Of a DNA stretch of 64,000 nt, positions 1-9,721 are shown one piece after another. The notes under the pieces were generated by a model. That model was not told where the DNA came from, ran no database searches, and saw only the letters and a list, made by a program, of their open reading frames with translations. Each line of letters starts with the position of its first letter. Position 1 is the first letter of the stretch. This DNA is from Candidatus Micrarchaeota archaeon (GTDB taxonomy: Archaea; Micrarchaeota; Micrarchaeia; Micrarchaeales; CABMGC01): positions 3,551 to 67,550 of the forward strand of contig JAKATZ010000014.1 in NCBI GenBank assembly GCA_021827925.1, given 5' to 3'. Both the position numbers and the translations under genes were made by a program.

Positions 1-2
1 TG

Positions 3-731
3 GCTCCGGAGATATCGGTCGCCGAGGTTATTTCAGGCTCTTTTGGGATTTTGATTTCAAGGCCATTGACTTTTGTAGCCAACATTTTGGGCAGCGTCAT
101 TTTCGCCATTTATCTCTTTGCGGCTCTGTCAACCTTGCCGGTCCTCGATCTGCTTTTGTATGCGGCAATGTTTTTCATACTGGAGATAATAGTCGTAGCT
201 CCGCTTACTGCTGTTTCAAGGGCTAAGCTCGCGAATATCAAGAGGGCGAGCGCGTCCGGGCCTATGCTCATTGCATTTAACTACCTTGAGCCAATCGTAC
301 CAATTCTCTACATTGCAGGGGCAGTTCTTGCGGTGGAGCTTGTGCAGAGCCCATCGTGGGAGTTGCTTGGAGGTGCCGCCGTAGTACTGGTGCTTGCGTT
401 TATACTTCAGATAATGAACCTTGACTCTTCAATCTCAGTTTATATGTATTACGATAAAAAACTTGACAGGGCCACGGCGATGAGCAGAAGCTGGTTCTTT
501 CTCAGCGGCCAATCGGTCAGGATCCTCTGCGTGAGCACGGTTGCCTTTCTGCCGCTTATAGTAGCTGTGCTCCTGGATATCTGCCTAAGGAATACAGGGC
601 AGGTATGGTACATGATCCCCTTGGTTCTCCTGGTTGCGGACTTCTGCTATTCGTGGTGGGACGCCTGCACTGCGTACATATACGGAGAGACTGCAAAGAA
701 GGCCAAGCCGATGCCGTACTCAAGGCTTTGA
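3..731 (+). CDS. Polytopic membrane protein, probably 5'-truncated by the window edge
   Basis: The frame stays open to position 3, and the track start at 51 is TTG. The protein has several long hydrophobic segments. No family was recognised. Confidence 0.45.
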   Translation, partial: APEISVAEVISGSFGILISRPLTFVANILGSVIFAIYLFAALSTLPVLDLLLYAAMFFILEIIVVAPLTAVSRAKLANIKRASASGPMLIAFNYLEPIVPILYIAGAVLAVELVQSPSWELLGGAAVVLVLAFILQIMNLDSSISVYMYYDKKLDRATAMSRSWFFLSGQSVRILCVSTVAFLPLIVAVLLDICLRNTGQVWYMIPLVLLVADFCYSWWDACTAYIYGETAKKAKPMPYSRL

Positions 732-870
732 AGCAGATGCATTGCAGTGGAATGAGAAGCAGAGTATGCTGCGGAAGCGCAGGGTGTGCACTTATGGCTG
801 CCTTGAATATGACATGGATGATGGTGGAATTAAAAGAAAGTAGGGCAAGGCGTCTACGGGGAAGCGGGGA

Positions 871-1689
871 TCATCGCGCGAGGGCCCACCTCACAAACGC
901 TCCGAGCGCTTTCTTTGCCAAGCCGATGCCGTGATCTTCGTTGTACAGTCGCAGGGTCAGCGACTCTCGCTTTTTATTAGGAAATGCTGATCGCAGCATG
1001 CGATAATAGGATACTGACCTATGGAAATTGATGCTTTTGTCATGCCTTCCGTGTGCGATGAATATCCTAGCGTCTCCCATCGATTGCACATTTGATAGAG
1101 GGGCCATATCGTCTTTATCGGAGAGGTGTATCCTCCATTCGCGCGAGATCCTCCCTTTATGGAAGAAACCCCGATATAGATTTGAATATCCGTCCTTACC
1201 CATGCATCTCAAGAAATCCTTTATGCTTTCCTCTTCAATGTATGCGTTCCCGTATGATCCGGTCTCAAGCGCAGGACATATGAGCGCCAGATCGGATACG
1301 TCAGGTTCGAACTTCGGAAGCAGAGAGATGTACCTGCCGCCGAAACTTTTTCCTGCGAATAATATGCGGTCATACCTAAGGCGCAGCCTTAGCCCTCTGA
1401 AATTATTGACTGCAGAACATCCGCCCATGAAGGATCTTCGCAGGCGCAGGAAAGTCTCCACGCAGTTTATAGGCCTGAAGAATCCCGTACTGCGGCCGTA
1501 GCCTATGTAATCAGGTACAAAGAGATCTATCCCCTTTCTGATCACGCTGTCGGCTTCTTTGAGGGCTCCTGAATCAGGAATTGCCGGAGCCCCAATGCCG
1601 TACACAAGTATGGTACTGGAATTATGGTATGAGGGATAGAAGCATCCGGATATTCCACCTATACGCAGCTGCACGTAAGCTCTGTGCAT
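871..1689 (-). CDS. Alpha/beta-fold hydrolase (S9/dienelactone-hydrolase-like)
   Basis: Nucleophile elbow G-K-S-F-G-G and a C-terminal IAHGRHD histidine motif. Size is 272 aa. Confidence 0.55.
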   Translation of the reverse strand: MHRAYVQLRIGGISGCFYPSYHNSSTILVYGIGAPAIPDSGALKEADSVIRKGIDLFVPDYIGYGRSTGFFRPINCVETFLRLRRSFMGGCSAVNNFRGLRLRLRYDRILFAGKSFGGRYISLLPKFEPDVSDLALICPALETGSYGNAYIEEESIKDFLRCMGKDGYSNLYRGFFHKGRISREWRIHLSDKDDMAPLSNVQSMGDARIFIAHGRHDKSINFHRSVSYYRMLRSAFPNKKRESLTLRLYNEDHGIGLAKKALGAFVRWALAR

Positions 1690-1698
1690 AGCACAACC

Positions 1699-2601
1699 CT
1701 ACGCTTCAAGATCTATGCGCACAAGCGTCCTGAGCTCCTCAATAAGGTTTGGTATCTTTAGGAAAGGGACGAACCGCTCTGCCTGCAGGAATATCCCTTC
1801 CTTCCCAACAATACTAGGTATAGATTCCTGGAAGATTAGATAGTTAGCAGTAAGCCTTAGGATAGCGGGAGGAGGCAAGCCCTTGTTTGTCAGCAGTTGT
1901 ACGACGTTCCCGCGGGTGCGTGAGTTGTCCTTCACGCGGAGGCTCGAGCCCGAAGTGGCAAGATGCTCGTTTATAATGCTTATTGCATCAGAAGGGCTTT
2001 CCGGGGAAGGTGTTTCGCTGCTCGTGTCCACGAATCCCGGAACGTTGAGTCCTATGCCGCTGAAGGCCTCGTACACATAACGCATCGCATGCGCTTTGGC
2101 TACCTTATCAATCTCTGCTATATAGGTGGAGCTGTGAAGACGCAGGCGTTTGATATCCTCTTCGGAGGGAGGAAGCGGAAGCAGCACTCCCCTGTCCGCA
2201 AACAAGAATGTCGGTTTCAGTTCCAATCCGGAAGAAGACAGGCGGTCGGCCATTGCACCCAACACTGCCGCGTAAGCCGTCATCTTCCCACCGACCCTTG
2301 ATTCCGCTATGGAAGGAGCCTCGAGAAGCGCGGAGCTTCTCAGCGGACCATGACCATAGAGTGGGCAGAGAACGGCAAGTACCTGCACTGGATTTGGCAG
2401 TTTTGAAGCAAAGTTTATTGCCGTTGCCTTCTCGCCTGCAACCCGTTTCACTTCTCTTAGAAGGTCTTTTCCGACCTTATGAAGGCTGCTGCGCGAATCC
2501 GTTGTTAGATAAGGATTAGTGCCAGGGAAGATTATTGCGGATCCCTGTGGTAGGAGACAGTACAGTTGCGCCTTGTGGTTCTTTCTTTGTATCCGTGGCA
2601 T
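1699..2601 (-). CDS. Hypothetical protein (300 aa)
   Basis: A long ORF tightly packed with its neighbours. No motif recognised. Confidence 0.4.
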   Translation of the reverse strand: MPRIQRKNHKAQLYCLLPQGSAIIFPGTNPYLTTDSRSSLHKVGKDLLREVKRVAGEKATAINFASKLPNPVQVLAVLCPLYGHGPLRSSALLEAPSIAESRVGGKMTAYAAVLGAMADRLSSSGLELKPTFLFADRGVLLPLPPSEEDIKRLRLHSSTYIAEIDKVAKAHAMRYVYEAFSGIGLNVPGFVDTSSETPSPESPSDAISIINEHLATSGSSLRVKDNSRTRGNVVQLLTNKGLPPPAILRLTANYLIFQESIPSIVGKEGIFLQAERFVPFLKIPNLIEELRTLVRIDLEA

Positions 2602-2798
2602 TTTTAGTCGTTTCGTGCATCCGATTCACCATTGAATAAATATGAAGCCGGAGATATATTAAGGAAACGGGCAGGTATGCCTGCCTTACCTCTTTGAGCA
2701 GACATGCATGCAAAGAGCCACATTACTCTGAGCGCCGTGTTTTGCCAGTTGTTGCAGGCACAGGATTGAACATCAGGCGAGCACGTCACAGAGACTGA

Positions 2799-3395
2799 TC
2801 AGAGCTTTCCTATGTCATTGACTATGTCTATGTCAAGCGCCCTTTTTCCAAGCCTCCAGTTTGCTGGCACGGCACATACATGCCCTGCCGAGGCAGGAGT
2901 ATCACGGACATACTTCAGGCCCATGAACGCAGTGAATATGTGATCCACGTCCTTGCCGAGGGCATCACTGTGTATTGCAAAATACTGTACAATGCCGTCC
3001 GGGTCTATTATGACTGTCCCTCTTCTTGCTGCTCCTGAGTCCGTATTTATGAATCCGTAATCCGAGGATATCTTCTTATTGAAATCCTCGACCAGCGGTA
3101 TCCTGCTCTTCTTCACACGCGGAGATGTCTCGCTCCACGCCTTGTGGGAGAATACACTGTCGGTGCTTATCGCGACCACCTCGGCCCCGTTCTTCTCGAA
3201 CTGCTCGTAATTCTCCATGAATGCTTCTATGTCTGTAGCGCAGACGAATGTGAAATCTCCGGGATAGAAAGCCAATATTACCCATTTCCCCTTCTGCGCG
3301 GAGAGTTTGAACTCGTCTATTTTGCCTTCCTTAGGAAGCCATGCCTTCGCCCTTATCTCTGGGGCTCGTTCCCCTATGGTCCACAGACTCTGCAT
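2799..3395 (-). CDS. Peroxiredoxin (AhpC/TSA family)
   Basis: DFTFVCATD matches the peroxidatic-Cys motif FTFVCPTE. The C-terminal VCAVPANW block is also present. Confidence 0.8.
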   Translation of the reverse strand: MQSLWTIGERAPEIRAKAWLPKEGKIDEFKLSAQKGKWVILAFYPGDFTFVCATDIEAFMENYEQFEKNGAEVVAISTDSVFSHKAWSETSPRVKKSRIPLVEDFNKKISSDYGFINTDSGAARRGTVIIDPDGIVQYFAIHSDALGKDVDHIFTAFMGLKYVRDTPASAGHVCAVPANWRLGKRALDIDIVNDIGKL

Positions 3396-3456
3396 ATTAT
3401 CTCCAGTTATCTCTTGGTTCGCAAAACATAAAGAGTTATGGCGTAACGCCCTCTGC

Positions 3457-4134
3457 TCATTTGAATAGAGTCTTAAGTATCTGGCGCTTTTCCCTGAAGG
3501 TTTTGATCATCAGATCGGGTTTTGCATCCTGAAAATCGGAGGCATCGTGCCTGCCAAGCATACAGCCTATTGAGAATATGCCGGTCTCTTTTGCAGCCTT
3601 TACCGTTTTAGGGGACCCGGATATGAATATACCGTCGTACACAGGCAGGCTAGACCCGGAAACTGCCCGCTTGGCCGCGATCCCTATTATCTCGCCCATA
3701 TCCTCGCTTTCTTCGCCGTAGGATCCAAACGCGAAATATGAATCGAGCCCGGCTTTCCTTAGCCTCATCCTGGTCACCTTCTCGGAATCGCCAGTGGCTA
3801 TGCCGAGAAGCGCACCGTTTTCCCTGAGCTCGTCGAGAAGCGTCTTGGCCCCCTCTGATACCACTATCCTGTCGCTCCAGGCGACGTTATAGTATGAGTA
3901 AGGAAGGTCTTCCATGTACCGGTCCAGGCGTGGATCTATCTCCGTTTCCATGATGCCGTACTCATTCAAAACCAACCTTGCAATCTCCTTTGCAGTACAG
4001 CCTTCGTAGCGGCTCAAGTCCACCTTGACTATTACCCCGTATATGTTGCGTATCGACTCTGCAACGTAATCCGAGACGTCCTTCGCGTCGCTGACCAGCG
4101 TGCCGCATGCATCGAAAATCGCAAACTTCGCCAT
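3457..4134 (-). CDS. HAD-superfamily hydrolase-like protein with degenerate catalytic motifs
   Basis: The N-terminal IFDACGTL resembles HAD motif I (DxDGT) but has Cys at D+2. GIATGDS is motif II-like. FISGSPKTVKAAKETG sits where motif IV (GDxxxD) is expected. Confidence 0.55.
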   Translation of the reverse strand: MAKFAIFDACGTLVSDAKDVSDYVAESIRNIYGVIVKVDLSRYEGCTAKEIARLVLNEYGIMETEIDPRLDRYMEDLPYSYYNVAWSDRIVVSEGAKTLLDELRENGALLGIATGDSEKVTRMRLRKAGLDSYFAFGSYGEESEDMGEIIGIAAKRAVSGSSLPVYDGIFISGSPKTVKAAKETGIFSIGCMLGRHDASDFQDAKPDLMIKTFREKRQILKTLFK

Positions 4135-4243
4135 GGTATCAAGGGCATGCCTAATGCAGGATAGCCCCGAAACTATATGCCTTAGATGTTTATTATATCT
4201 TTCCGGAGAACTGCTGAATGAGAATTCAATACGTAACCATGTT

Positions 4244-4852
4244 TCAGTACTTGATTATGGCGAATGTTATCCACAGCGTGATCCACGCAGGAGGTAGCGA
4301 CTCCAGAGTCGCAGATGCCTCGCCTGCTGCGAATACCCCTATGAAGAAGAGCGCAAAGAGGAGGGAAGTGATTCCAAGGAGCATTGAGGCCTTGCCGAAC
4401 ATGACCATCTTTGACCTGAATAAGGAGTATCCGATGACCAATATGCCTATCGGAGTCAGTATAAGATACATTGCGGAGAAGAGCAGATGAAGAGTCTGGT
4501 AGTGCTCCGTAAATATGCCTATTAGGGATGTAGAAGCTGCGCCAACGCTCGCTATTATACCGCCAGATGCCATGTGTGCCTTGCCTGCGTTTTTGATAGC
4601 GAATAATGCTATGAATATTGCAACCAATGCGGCACCTAGGAAAAGTGTGGAATTGAAGAGCAAGGATACACGGCTAAGACCTAAATCGCTTAGGGTGTTT
4701 GTGTGCCAGTTAAAGCTTCCGTTAGGAGCCCATCCGTTCCCCGAGCCGCAGCCGGGGCCACAGAGAGCAGCGGAGATAAGCATGCCTAGAATTGCTATGA
4801 TGATTCCGGATGCGCCAATGGACTTTGCGATTATGTCGCCGCGTGTAAGCAT
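4244..4852 (-). CDS. Integral membrane protein
   Basis: About six hydrophobic helices in 202 aa. No family recognised. Confidence 0.45.
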   Translation of the reverse strand: MLTRGDIIAKSIGASGIIIAILGMLISAALCGPGCGSGNGWAPNGSFNWHTNTLSDLGLSRVSLLFNSTLFLGAALVAIFIALFAIKNAGKAHMASGGIIASVGAASTSLIGIFTEHYQTLHLLFSAMYLILTPIGILVIGYSLFRSKMVMFGKASMLLGITSLLFALFFIGVFAAGEASATLESLPPAWITLWITFAIIKY

Positions 4853-4893
4853 GAAGTCATATATACGTTAAGTTTTAATTACCATGCGATAGC

Positions 4894-5214
4894 GTGCACA
4901 AAGAGAAGAAGGTCATAGAGCATATTGCAAAGGAGAGGATCGTACTGCTTTTCTCCATGGCGGAGAAGATGGCCAAGGAAGGAGGCAGCAAGGAGCTTTC
5001 CAGGCGTTATGTTCGGCTTGTGCGGGAAATAGGCATGCACTATAGGGTCGGGATTCCAAGGAACATAGCGGATAGGATATGCAAGGCTTGCAACAATCCG
5101 CTTGTGCCAGGTGAAAACTGCAGAGTAAGGATAACAGGCGGTGCCGTAGTTAGCATATGCGAATGCGGAGAAGAAAGAAGGAGGCACATAACTGCAGGAT
5201 CACTTGGCGCCTAG
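4894..5214 (+). CDS. rnp4: RNase P protein component 4 (Rpp21/Rpr2)
   Basis: An N-terminal helical ERI..L...A block is followed by the zinc ribbon CKACNNPLVPGENCRVRI...CECG, as in Rpr2/Rpp21. Confidence 0.8.
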   Translation: MHKEKKVIEHIAKERIVLLFSMAEKMAKEGGSKELSRRYVRLVREIGMHYRVGIPRNIADRICKACNNPLVPGENCRVRITGGAVVSICECGEERRRHITAGSLGA

Positions 5215-5721
5215 CCTCTCGACGAGCGTATCTGCGAGAGCCTCGGCAGAGTCGTGGTTTCCTGCGGTGAGTATGTTTTTGTCGAACTCTAGACCGTTCT
5301 CTGTCACTATGCCCTTGAACAAAACCACGAGCCGCGCTGTCTCCTTGTCAGGAGGTAGTGCCACCTTTGTACTTCCCAGAACACTTGCCCTGGCAAGTAT
5401 CTTGAGAGCATTGCCTATGCCTGCGATTATCCTCCCGCGCTCCTTGAATATCTGCACTGTATCAAGAAGCTGCCTTAAATCATAGAGCTTGAAGGAGTCG
5501 ACGCCCTTCCCATCTATGAGAAGCAGGGCATCGAATTCTTCTGGAGAAAGCTTTGACGCGTTGATCTGGATCTTGTAAACGGCGCCGTGACTGCCAACAC
5601 AATCCTTTGAGGTGTAGCTGGTCATTACGGCTTCTATACCCCACCTTTCAAGGATCCGCTTTGTCCTTGAGACCGACTCGTCCTTGAATTCCATCGGAGA
5701 TATGAATACAGCGACGCGCAT
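5200..5721 (-). CDS. DJ-1/PfpI-like domain protein lacking the nucleophile Cys
   Basis: The layout MRVAVFISP..F.D.E, LLIDGKG and IIAGIGNA parallels DJ-1/PfpI, where the last block is normally AAIC(H/A)G. Confidence 0.5.
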   Translation of the reverse strand: MRVAVFISPMEFKDESVSRTKRILERWGIEAVMTSYTSKDCVGSHGAVYKIQINASKLSPEEFDALLLIDGKGVDSFKLYDLRQLLDTVQIFKERGRIIAGIGNALKILARASVLGSTKVALPPDKETARLVVLFKGIVTENGLEFDKNILTAGNHDSAEALADTLVERLGAK

Positions 5722-5751
5722 GATCCAATTGCCACGAGAAAGGATAAAATA

Positions 5752-7788
5752 CTAACTATCCTTGCCTTTGTATGCACGGGCAAGGTGCGCGTTGTATGGG
5801 ATTGCCCGTTTCCTGTGATGCCTGTTGGCTAACTCATGTATGAGGACAGAAGCGGCTATGACAACCGCGAATACAAGCAAGTCGAATGGGGAAATGAATA
5901 TCGCAGTCGCAGCGGCTCCGCCGTATGTGTTGACAGGCATGCTGAGCAGGAAATAGCCGAGGCTGCCTTTCGCGACACCTAAAGGCACGTCCTGCAGGCG
6001 TATGCTTCCGGAACTCCCCGAACTGATTTTCATCTCCGTTCCGTTTTCAAAAGCCAGGGTTCCTGAAGCGTTCACAGGTATTCCAAAGATGTCCGTAGTG
6101 AGCACGGTGACATTGTAGACAGGCAGGCGCACATACATGCTGCCTGCCTGCGATACGGATACGGGTACGTTCATGGGCATGAATGTGCCTTTGTAGTATG
6201 ATCCGGTGAAGGTGTAGGTTTTGTTCTCGAATAGGAAGATGCTCTGCTGTGAGGGTGCCCCGTCAATATATAGGACCGCGCCTGAGAGTGGCATGCCGCT
6301 GGAATCTACAGGGAGCAGGTGCGTCACGTATTGCTCCCTGAAAAGAGCGCGCACCCGTTCAGGAGAATCCACAGTTATGCTTGTTGTACTAGAGTTTGAT
6401 CCTGTGCTCCATGAGTAAAAGGCAAACCTTTCGTTATTGCTGATGTTTATTTCCGCGGGACTTACTCCGAGCGTGACGGACGTGCCTTCGGTGTGCCATC
6501 CCGATCTGGTGGCATTCCCATAATCTGAGGATACGTTAAGAAAATACTGGCGCTGCCACGTAGCCGCTATGCTCATAGGCCCATTGACATAGGCAGTGTG
6601 TTTGCTTGAAGCCTGGCCGTTGCTCCACCCCGAGAATACATATCTGACAGTGCTGTTCTCATACGCTACGGTGCTGTTTATGGAATAGGAGAACTCGGAC
6701 CCGGCATTATGCCACCCTGAGCCCGAAGCATCATTGTGTGCAGAGGATATGTTCGCGAGATACTGCAGTTGCCATTCAGCGGCCTCGGTTATGTTTGAAC
6801 CTAGCACCACAGAGGTCTTGTTGGCACTGCCGGAGTATGAACCTACCCCTGTGCCGCGCCATCCAGTGAACAAAACGCGGGCAGTATCATTGAGATACTC
6901 TGCCGCTGGCGCAGATATTTCCACCCTTGAGTAAGCAAGGTATCCCGTGTCGCGCGAGATGTTCCCGTATTCTGACTCTACGTGAATGTAGTAGCCTATG
7001 CTCCATAGCTGGGTGCCGTTCCTGGGCTGCGCAAGGCCAGAACCCACCCTGAAGAGGTTGACCTGACTGTCTGCAAGGCTTACCCCATAGGGATTTTTGA
7101 GATTTGTGAGGCTGCCAACACCATAACCTATGTAGGCATAGCCCCGCCTTGCAGGTATTAGAAGCGAACCCGCATAGTAGGAGAGGTTTGCCATTATGAC
7201 TGGATGCACATAAGTATCTGCGTTGGATGCGTTTGCAAGTTCTCCGAAGGCAACGGGAAAGTTGGATCCGGATGAGGAGGCACGAAGCTGCACGCTGCCT
7301 ATTTGCGCTCCGTTCAGGAGGAAACGCCAGGCGCTTCCCGAATAATATATGGAGTAGGTATTTATTGTGCCGTTAGGACCTGCGGAGTCCAATGGGCCCA
7401 CTCTCCCGAGAAACTGAGATCCTGAGTAATTTCCGGGAAAGTATTCATAGAACCATTCTGGCTGTCCGGCAGTCAGATATTCGTAGCCGCTGCACCCGGA
7501 GATGGTGCATACTGAAGGGTATCTGCCAGACTGGTTCTCAATCACATACCCTTCCTGAAGGAATGATCCGTCGCTCAGGTCCTCACCGACCCAGAAGGCC
7601 AGGGAGCCGCTGGAAATGTTCTGCGGAGAGATGGTCTGTATCTGAAGGCTGGTGCCGTTGTTGTAGGCTGAAAGGCCACCAGCCCTCACCCCGTATTGGA
7701 ACCAGTACTGAGAATGCGCACTGCCAAGTAGAAAGGCCGTGAAAATGGCCAGAAGCAGAGGATTACACCTTCTCATACTCAATACCAA
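5752..7788 (-). CDS. Secreted, C-terminally membrane-anchored surface glycoprotein (possible S-layer or protease-like protein)
   Basis: Signal peptide MRRCNPLLLAIFTAFLLGSAHS, a C-terminal TM helix and an HRKR tail. I count about 23 N-x-S/T sequons. Internal repeats follow the pattern QYxLNVSS..G.(A/T)..SGWH..G. Confidence 0.7.
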   Translation of the reverse strand: MVLSMRRCNPLLLAIFTAFLLGSAHSQYWFQYGVRAGGLSAYNNGTSLQIQTISPQNISSGSLAFWVGEDLSDGSFLQEGYVIENQSGRYPSVCTISGCSGYEYLTAGQPEWFYEYFPGNYSGSQFLGRVGPLDSAGPNGTINTYSIYYSGSAWRFLLNGAQIGSVQLRASSSGSNFPVAFGELANASNADTYVHPVIMANLSYYAGSLLIPARRGYAYIGYGVGSLTNLKNPYGVSLADSQVNLFRVGSGLAQPRNGTQLWSIGYYIHVESEYGNISRDTGYLAYSRVEISAPAAEYLNDTARVLFTGWRGTGVGSYSGSANKTSVVLGSNITEAAEWQLQYLANISSAHNDASGSGWHNAGSEFSYSINSTVAYENSTVRYVFSGWSNGQASSKHTAYVNGPMSIAATWQRQYFLNVSSDYGNATRSGWHTEGTSVTLGVSPAEINISNNERFAFYSWSTGSNSSTTSITVDSPERVRALFREQYVTHLLPVDSSGMPLSGAVLYIDGAPSQQSIFLFENKTYTFTGSYYKGTFMPMNVPVSVSQAGSMYVRLPVYNVTVLTTDIFGIPVNASGTLAFENGTEMKISSGSSGSIRLQDVPLGVAKGSLGYFLLSMPVNTYGGAAATAIFISPFDLLVFAVVIAASVLIHELANRHHRKRAIPYNAHLARAYKGKDS

Positions 7789-8569
7789 TGCCTGATAGTA
7801 TTTTTATTGCTTCGGAGCGCACAGGAGAAGGCAGCCCTTTCCAGTCTATAACTGCCTTCTCTGCCTTGACACTGCTCCGTTCTATTGCTGCAGATATCAT
7901 GTCAAGGTTAGAGCTGCCATCAGTGTTTGTTGTGGCGTACTTTGGGAGTATGTGAGAAAAGGCATACCCATTTTCAACGGCCAGCTTTGAGAACTTTGAT
8001 GGATAATGGCCGCCGCCTATCCCTATGACCACGCAGGAGTAATCGCATGACTCCGCAGATGCTGCCCTGTGTATCGTGTCGCCTATGCGCGCTGCGAAGG
8101 CTGTGTTCGCAAGAGCCTCTTCACTGCCGCCCAGTTCGACAAAAACCGAAGGAGTCTCGAGTAGCGGGCCGTGATGGGTTGCTTCGTACGTCTTCTCCAC
8201 TGTTGCTTCATCAGAAGAGAATATCATCCTGATCACATTGAGCATTTCTGCCGGAGCTGCGACAGAAAGAGATTTTGGGCGGCCGCCGAGTTTTGCTTCT
8301 TGAGTCCAGTTTCCCGTAGAATGCGCAGTGAATGATGCTATTCCAGCGGCACTGCGGTGCCTGCTTGCAAAATAGATCATGGAGAAGCCCAATGAATCGA
8401 GAAACTCGGAATTTATCAGCTTCTCTTCGGATGCAAGAACTGCAATATCTCCGCTCACGAAACACTTCCTGCCTTTCCATTCACCCGGCTTGAACCCGTG
8501 CGTTTCTACTATGTAATGGGCTATGTTGTAGGAAGCCGTATCCTCGTCGCTGTATACTATGCCTATCAT
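7763..8569 (-). CDS. dtdA: D-aminoacyl-tRNA deacylase, archaeal type (DtdA)
   Basis: The blocks FASRHRS, HSTGNW, YEATHHGP, VELGGSEE, IGIGGGHY, HILPKYA and DWKG match archaeal DtdA as I remember it from Pyrococcus. Confidence 0.8.
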   Translation of the reverse strand: MIGIVYSDEDTASYNIAHYIVETHGFKPGEWKGRKCFVSGDIAVLASEEKLINSEFLDSLGFSMIYFASRHRSAAGIASFTAHSTGNWTQEAKLGGRPKSLSVAAPAEMLNVIRMIFSSDEATVEKTYEATHHGPLLETPSVFVELGGSEEALANTAFAARIGDTIHRAASAESCDYSCVVIGIGGGHYPSKFSKLAVENGYAFSHILPKYATTNTDGSSNLDMISAAIERSSVKAEKAVIDWKGLPSPVRSEAIKILSGIGIEYEKV

Positions 8570-8687
8570 GAGAATTAATCATGCGTGAAGCGTTAAATAT
8601 CTGTTGCGCTGCGATATCTCTGGCCGCCTTAGGTAGAGTATATATTATTATCGCTGCATAATAGTAGCATCCTTGTGGAGTGATTTT

Positions 8688-9431
8688 GTGTTCGAAATAC
8701 GGATAGACAATGCAAAGTATTGGAAGGATTGCGTTGGGGCCATAGTAAGCCTTGTTGATGAGGGCCTGTTTTCCATAACAAATGATGGGATAGGGCTCAA
8801 AGCCATGGATCCGTCCAGCATAAGCATGATATCATTCTTCATGCCGAACAAGGCCTTCTCTAAATTCGAGATAGAGAAGAGTACAGGAATAGGGGTGAAT
8901 CTCGAAAACCTTGACAAGATATTGTCAAGGACTAGGGATGGAGAAGCCTTGGTTATGAAGGATGTTGATGGCAAGCTCTCGCTGGAGTTCATAGGCGCGG
9001 ACAGCAGGAGAAGGTATAGGCTTCAACTTATAGACGTCAAGAAAAGCGTTGAGAAGGAGCCAAACGTCGAGTTTGATGCTCACGTGGAGATAAACGGCGA
9101 CCCGCTCAAAGACATAATAAAGGACGCCAGCCTTATCTCCTCGTATATTTCATTCAGGGCGGCGAAGGAGCAGTTTTCGGTTAGCGCAAGAGGGGATTCA
9201 GGTGAGCTTGAGGAGCTTCACGAGGCGAACGGCATGATAGCGAAGAAGGTTGAACTGGCCAAAAATGCAGAATCCACGTTCAACCTTGAGTTCTTGGAGA
9301 ATATGGTTAAGTCATGTCCGGCAGGCACGGGCATTACAGTCTCGCTCAAATCAAATGAACCGCTTAAACTTAGGTATAACATCGGAGACGCAGAAGTCAC
9401 TTATTATCTTGCGCCTTATATGGAAGAGTGA
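8688..9431 (+). CDS. pcn: DNA polymerase sliding clamp PCNA
   Basis: FEIRIDNAKYWKDCVGAIVSLVDEGLFSITNDGIGLKAMDPS is typical of the PCNA N-terminus. Size is ~250 aa. The likely start is GTG 8688; the track start is TTG 8673. Confidence 0.85.
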   Translation: MFEIRIDNAKYWKDCVGAIVSLVDEGLFSITNDGIGLKAMDPSSISMISFFMPNKAFSKFEIEKSTGIGVNLENLDKILSRTRDGEALVMKDVDGKLSLEFIGADSRRRYRLQLIDVKKSVEKEPNVEFDAHVEINGDPLKDIIKDASLISSYISFRAAKEQFSVSARGDSGELEELHEANGMIAKKVELAKNAESTFNLEFLENMVKSCPAGTGITVSLKSNEPLKLRYNIGDAEVTYYLAPYMEE

Positions 9432-9463
9432 GCGTCTCTGTGGCTTGCGTGAGGCAATTGCAG

Positions 9464-9721
9464 ATGGAGATAGAGCATAGGATTGCCAAGGATATTAGGA
9501 TATTCTCGGAGAACATTAAAAAGATAGAGAGAACGGGCCTTAGCCCTGCCGAGGCAGGCGTAGTAAGCCTGGCCGAGATGTATGCTTCAGATTCGAAAGC
9601 CTTCCTTGAGAAGAGAGACTACTATACCTCTTTCTCCAGCATAGCATATGCGCATGGACTTCTGGATGCGATATTGAAGATAAAAGGTGCGTACGGGGAT
9701 GAAGGAGATAAGGGAAGGTAG
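9464..9721 (+). CDS. DUF357-family small protein
   Basis: YASDSKAFLEKRDYYTSFSSIAYAHGLLDA matches the DUF357 Y..D...F...D.....YAHGWLDA pattern. The start is taken at the first ATG. Confidence 0.55.
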   Translation: MEIEHRIAKDIRIFSENIKKIERTGLSPAEAGVVSLAEMYASDSKAFLEKRDYYTSFSSIAYAHGLLDAILKIKGAYGDEGDKGR

